A stretch of 63,618 nt of DNA, the filler included, from Octopus bimaculoides (taxonomy: Eukaryota), in NCBI RefSeq assembly GCF_001194135.2. It is 4 parts of 4 records of this genome, joined end to end, with 100 filler letters (N's around TTAATTAATTAA, not from the genome) between each part and the next. Parts side by side here need not be neighbours in the genome. Positions count along the whole stretch, not along the records: positions 53,120 to 63,618 come from NC_068999.1; 3 more parts are not named here. The stretch is one strand, 5' to 3'. A model generated the notes under the pieces. That model saw only the letters and a list, made by a program, of their open reading frames with translations. It was not told the DNA's origin and searched no databases. A program made the translations under genes and the position numbers. Positions 62,353 through 63,618 of the stretch are shown in pieces (position 1 is the first letter of the stretch; the number at the start of each line of letters is the position of its first letter).

Positions 62353-63495
62353 CAGTCTTGAATTGTTTCCAAAGGAATTTTTGTCCATTCTTCAGCTAAA
62401 ACAGTCTCCTGTTCTTGTAGAGATGATGGTGAAGAATATCGACTCCTTACTTGTTTTTCTAAAATGCACCGTAAATGTTCAATAATATTGAGATCTGGGG
62501 ACTGTGGTGGCCAGATAAGATGTTCAACTTCACTAGAATGTTTCTTGTGCCATTCAGTAACAACTTTAGCTGTGTGAATTGGTGCATTATCTTCCTGAAA
62601 GACTGCGTTTCCCTCTGGAAAAAGTTCTGCAAACATAGGCTGAATTTGATCAGATAAAATGCTTAAATAGTCTTGACCATTAATTCTGCCATGAAGGGAA
62701 GCCATTAGGCCGGCGGATTTCCAAGATATATCCCTCCAGATCATCACAGATCTTCCTCCATGTTTAATAGTGGGAAGAAGGCAGTCTGGGTCAAATGCTT
62801 CTTTTGGCTGTCTCCACACGTATACTTGGCCGGTGATCAGAAATAAGGTAAAGGATGATTTGTCCAAGAAAATAACATTCTTCCACTGCTCTAGGGACCA
62901 ATTCTGTAGGTTTTTACTCCACTCTAAATGCTTTGCAATGTTCGTTTTTGAAAGTAGTGGTTTTCTGATTCCAGCCCTCCCATGAAATCCAGCCTTGTGC
63001 AACTCTTGGTGAACAGTTTTTGTGGAAACTGGGTTTTCAAGGTGGTCATTAAGCTCTGAAGTAATTTTGAGAGCTGTACTTTTGTAATCCTTTCTAACAA
63101 TTTATGTAAGAGTCTGACCGTCCCTATCTAAAAGTTTTAGTTTTCTTCCAGAGTTTTGTTTCGACGAGAAGGTTTTTCCCTCTTCCTCAAAGGCTGTCAT
63201 TACTTTCCAGACAGTACTTCTTGATACACCAAACATTTTGGCTGTTTTCATTACACTAGTACCTGCCATACGAGAACCAACAATTTGACTTCTTTGAAAG
63301 TCCGATAGATCTGTTATTTTAATGAATTTTAATTATTTTTTTCTGATGATATCTGAAAAGAAACAGCAATTTTAGCAAAACATATTAAGCAACACTGATA
63401 ATAAATCAAAAAACATAAAAATAAACAAGCTTTTGATAGTTTTATAGATATTTCAAAATTATGATGCTATGATGCTAGGTGTTTCCATTATGTAT
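62353..63495 (-). mobile_element. Tc1-type transposon with DD36E spacing, 3' end truncated
   Basis: Paired-like N-terminus (DLSDFQRSQIVGSRMAG...), IFLDKS, FQEDNAPIH-...-SPDLNIIEH with 36 aa between D and E. One in-frame stop, start codon reads ATA. 5' end AGGTGTTTCCATTA. Confidence 0.9.
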
Positions 63496-63504
63496 ATATC
63501 TATA

Positions 63505-63618
63505 TGTGTGTGCCTTTGTGTCTTTGTTTGTCCCTGCTTGACAACCAGCATTAGTGTGTTTATGTCCATGTAACTTAGTGGTTCGGCAAAAGTGACCAAT
63601 AGAATAAGTACAAGACTT
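63505..63618 (+). mobile_element. SINE family B body, cut by the window end
   Basis: TGTTTGTCCCTGCTTGACAACCAGC...GTAACTTAGTGGTTCGGCAAAAG. Confidence 0.7.

Overview
AT-rich, microsatellite-dense animal genomic DNA. The SINE/LINE content suggests a coleoid cephalopod such as Octopus, but that is an inference. I cannot support any intact host protein-coding gene. The window is a mosaic of decayed mobile elements: Penelope-like (PLE) fragments, RTE LINEs (two with a PHD finger inside the RT region), R4/Dong LINEs in (AAT)n tracts, several mariners, one Tc1-type transposase with DD36E spacing, a hAT remnant, a Helitron Rep/PIF1 relic, MITEs and several SINE families. Three N44-TTAATTAATTAA-N44 spacers look like artificial contig joins, so adjacency across them is unproven. 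The main signal not explained by ORFs is a set of minimal hammerhead ribozyme (HHR) folds in unrelated sequence contexts: 467-502 (+), 16188-16248 (-), 35093-35135 (+), 57831-57875 (+), a larger candidate near 54.2 kb, and several decayed copies. One sits in the loop of a ~295-bp foldback element with 50-bp perfect inverted arms, and another lies next to a 19-bp tandem array. Both are candidate retrozyme-like non-autonomous elements. All protein and RNA assignments are by-eye motif matches, not database searches.
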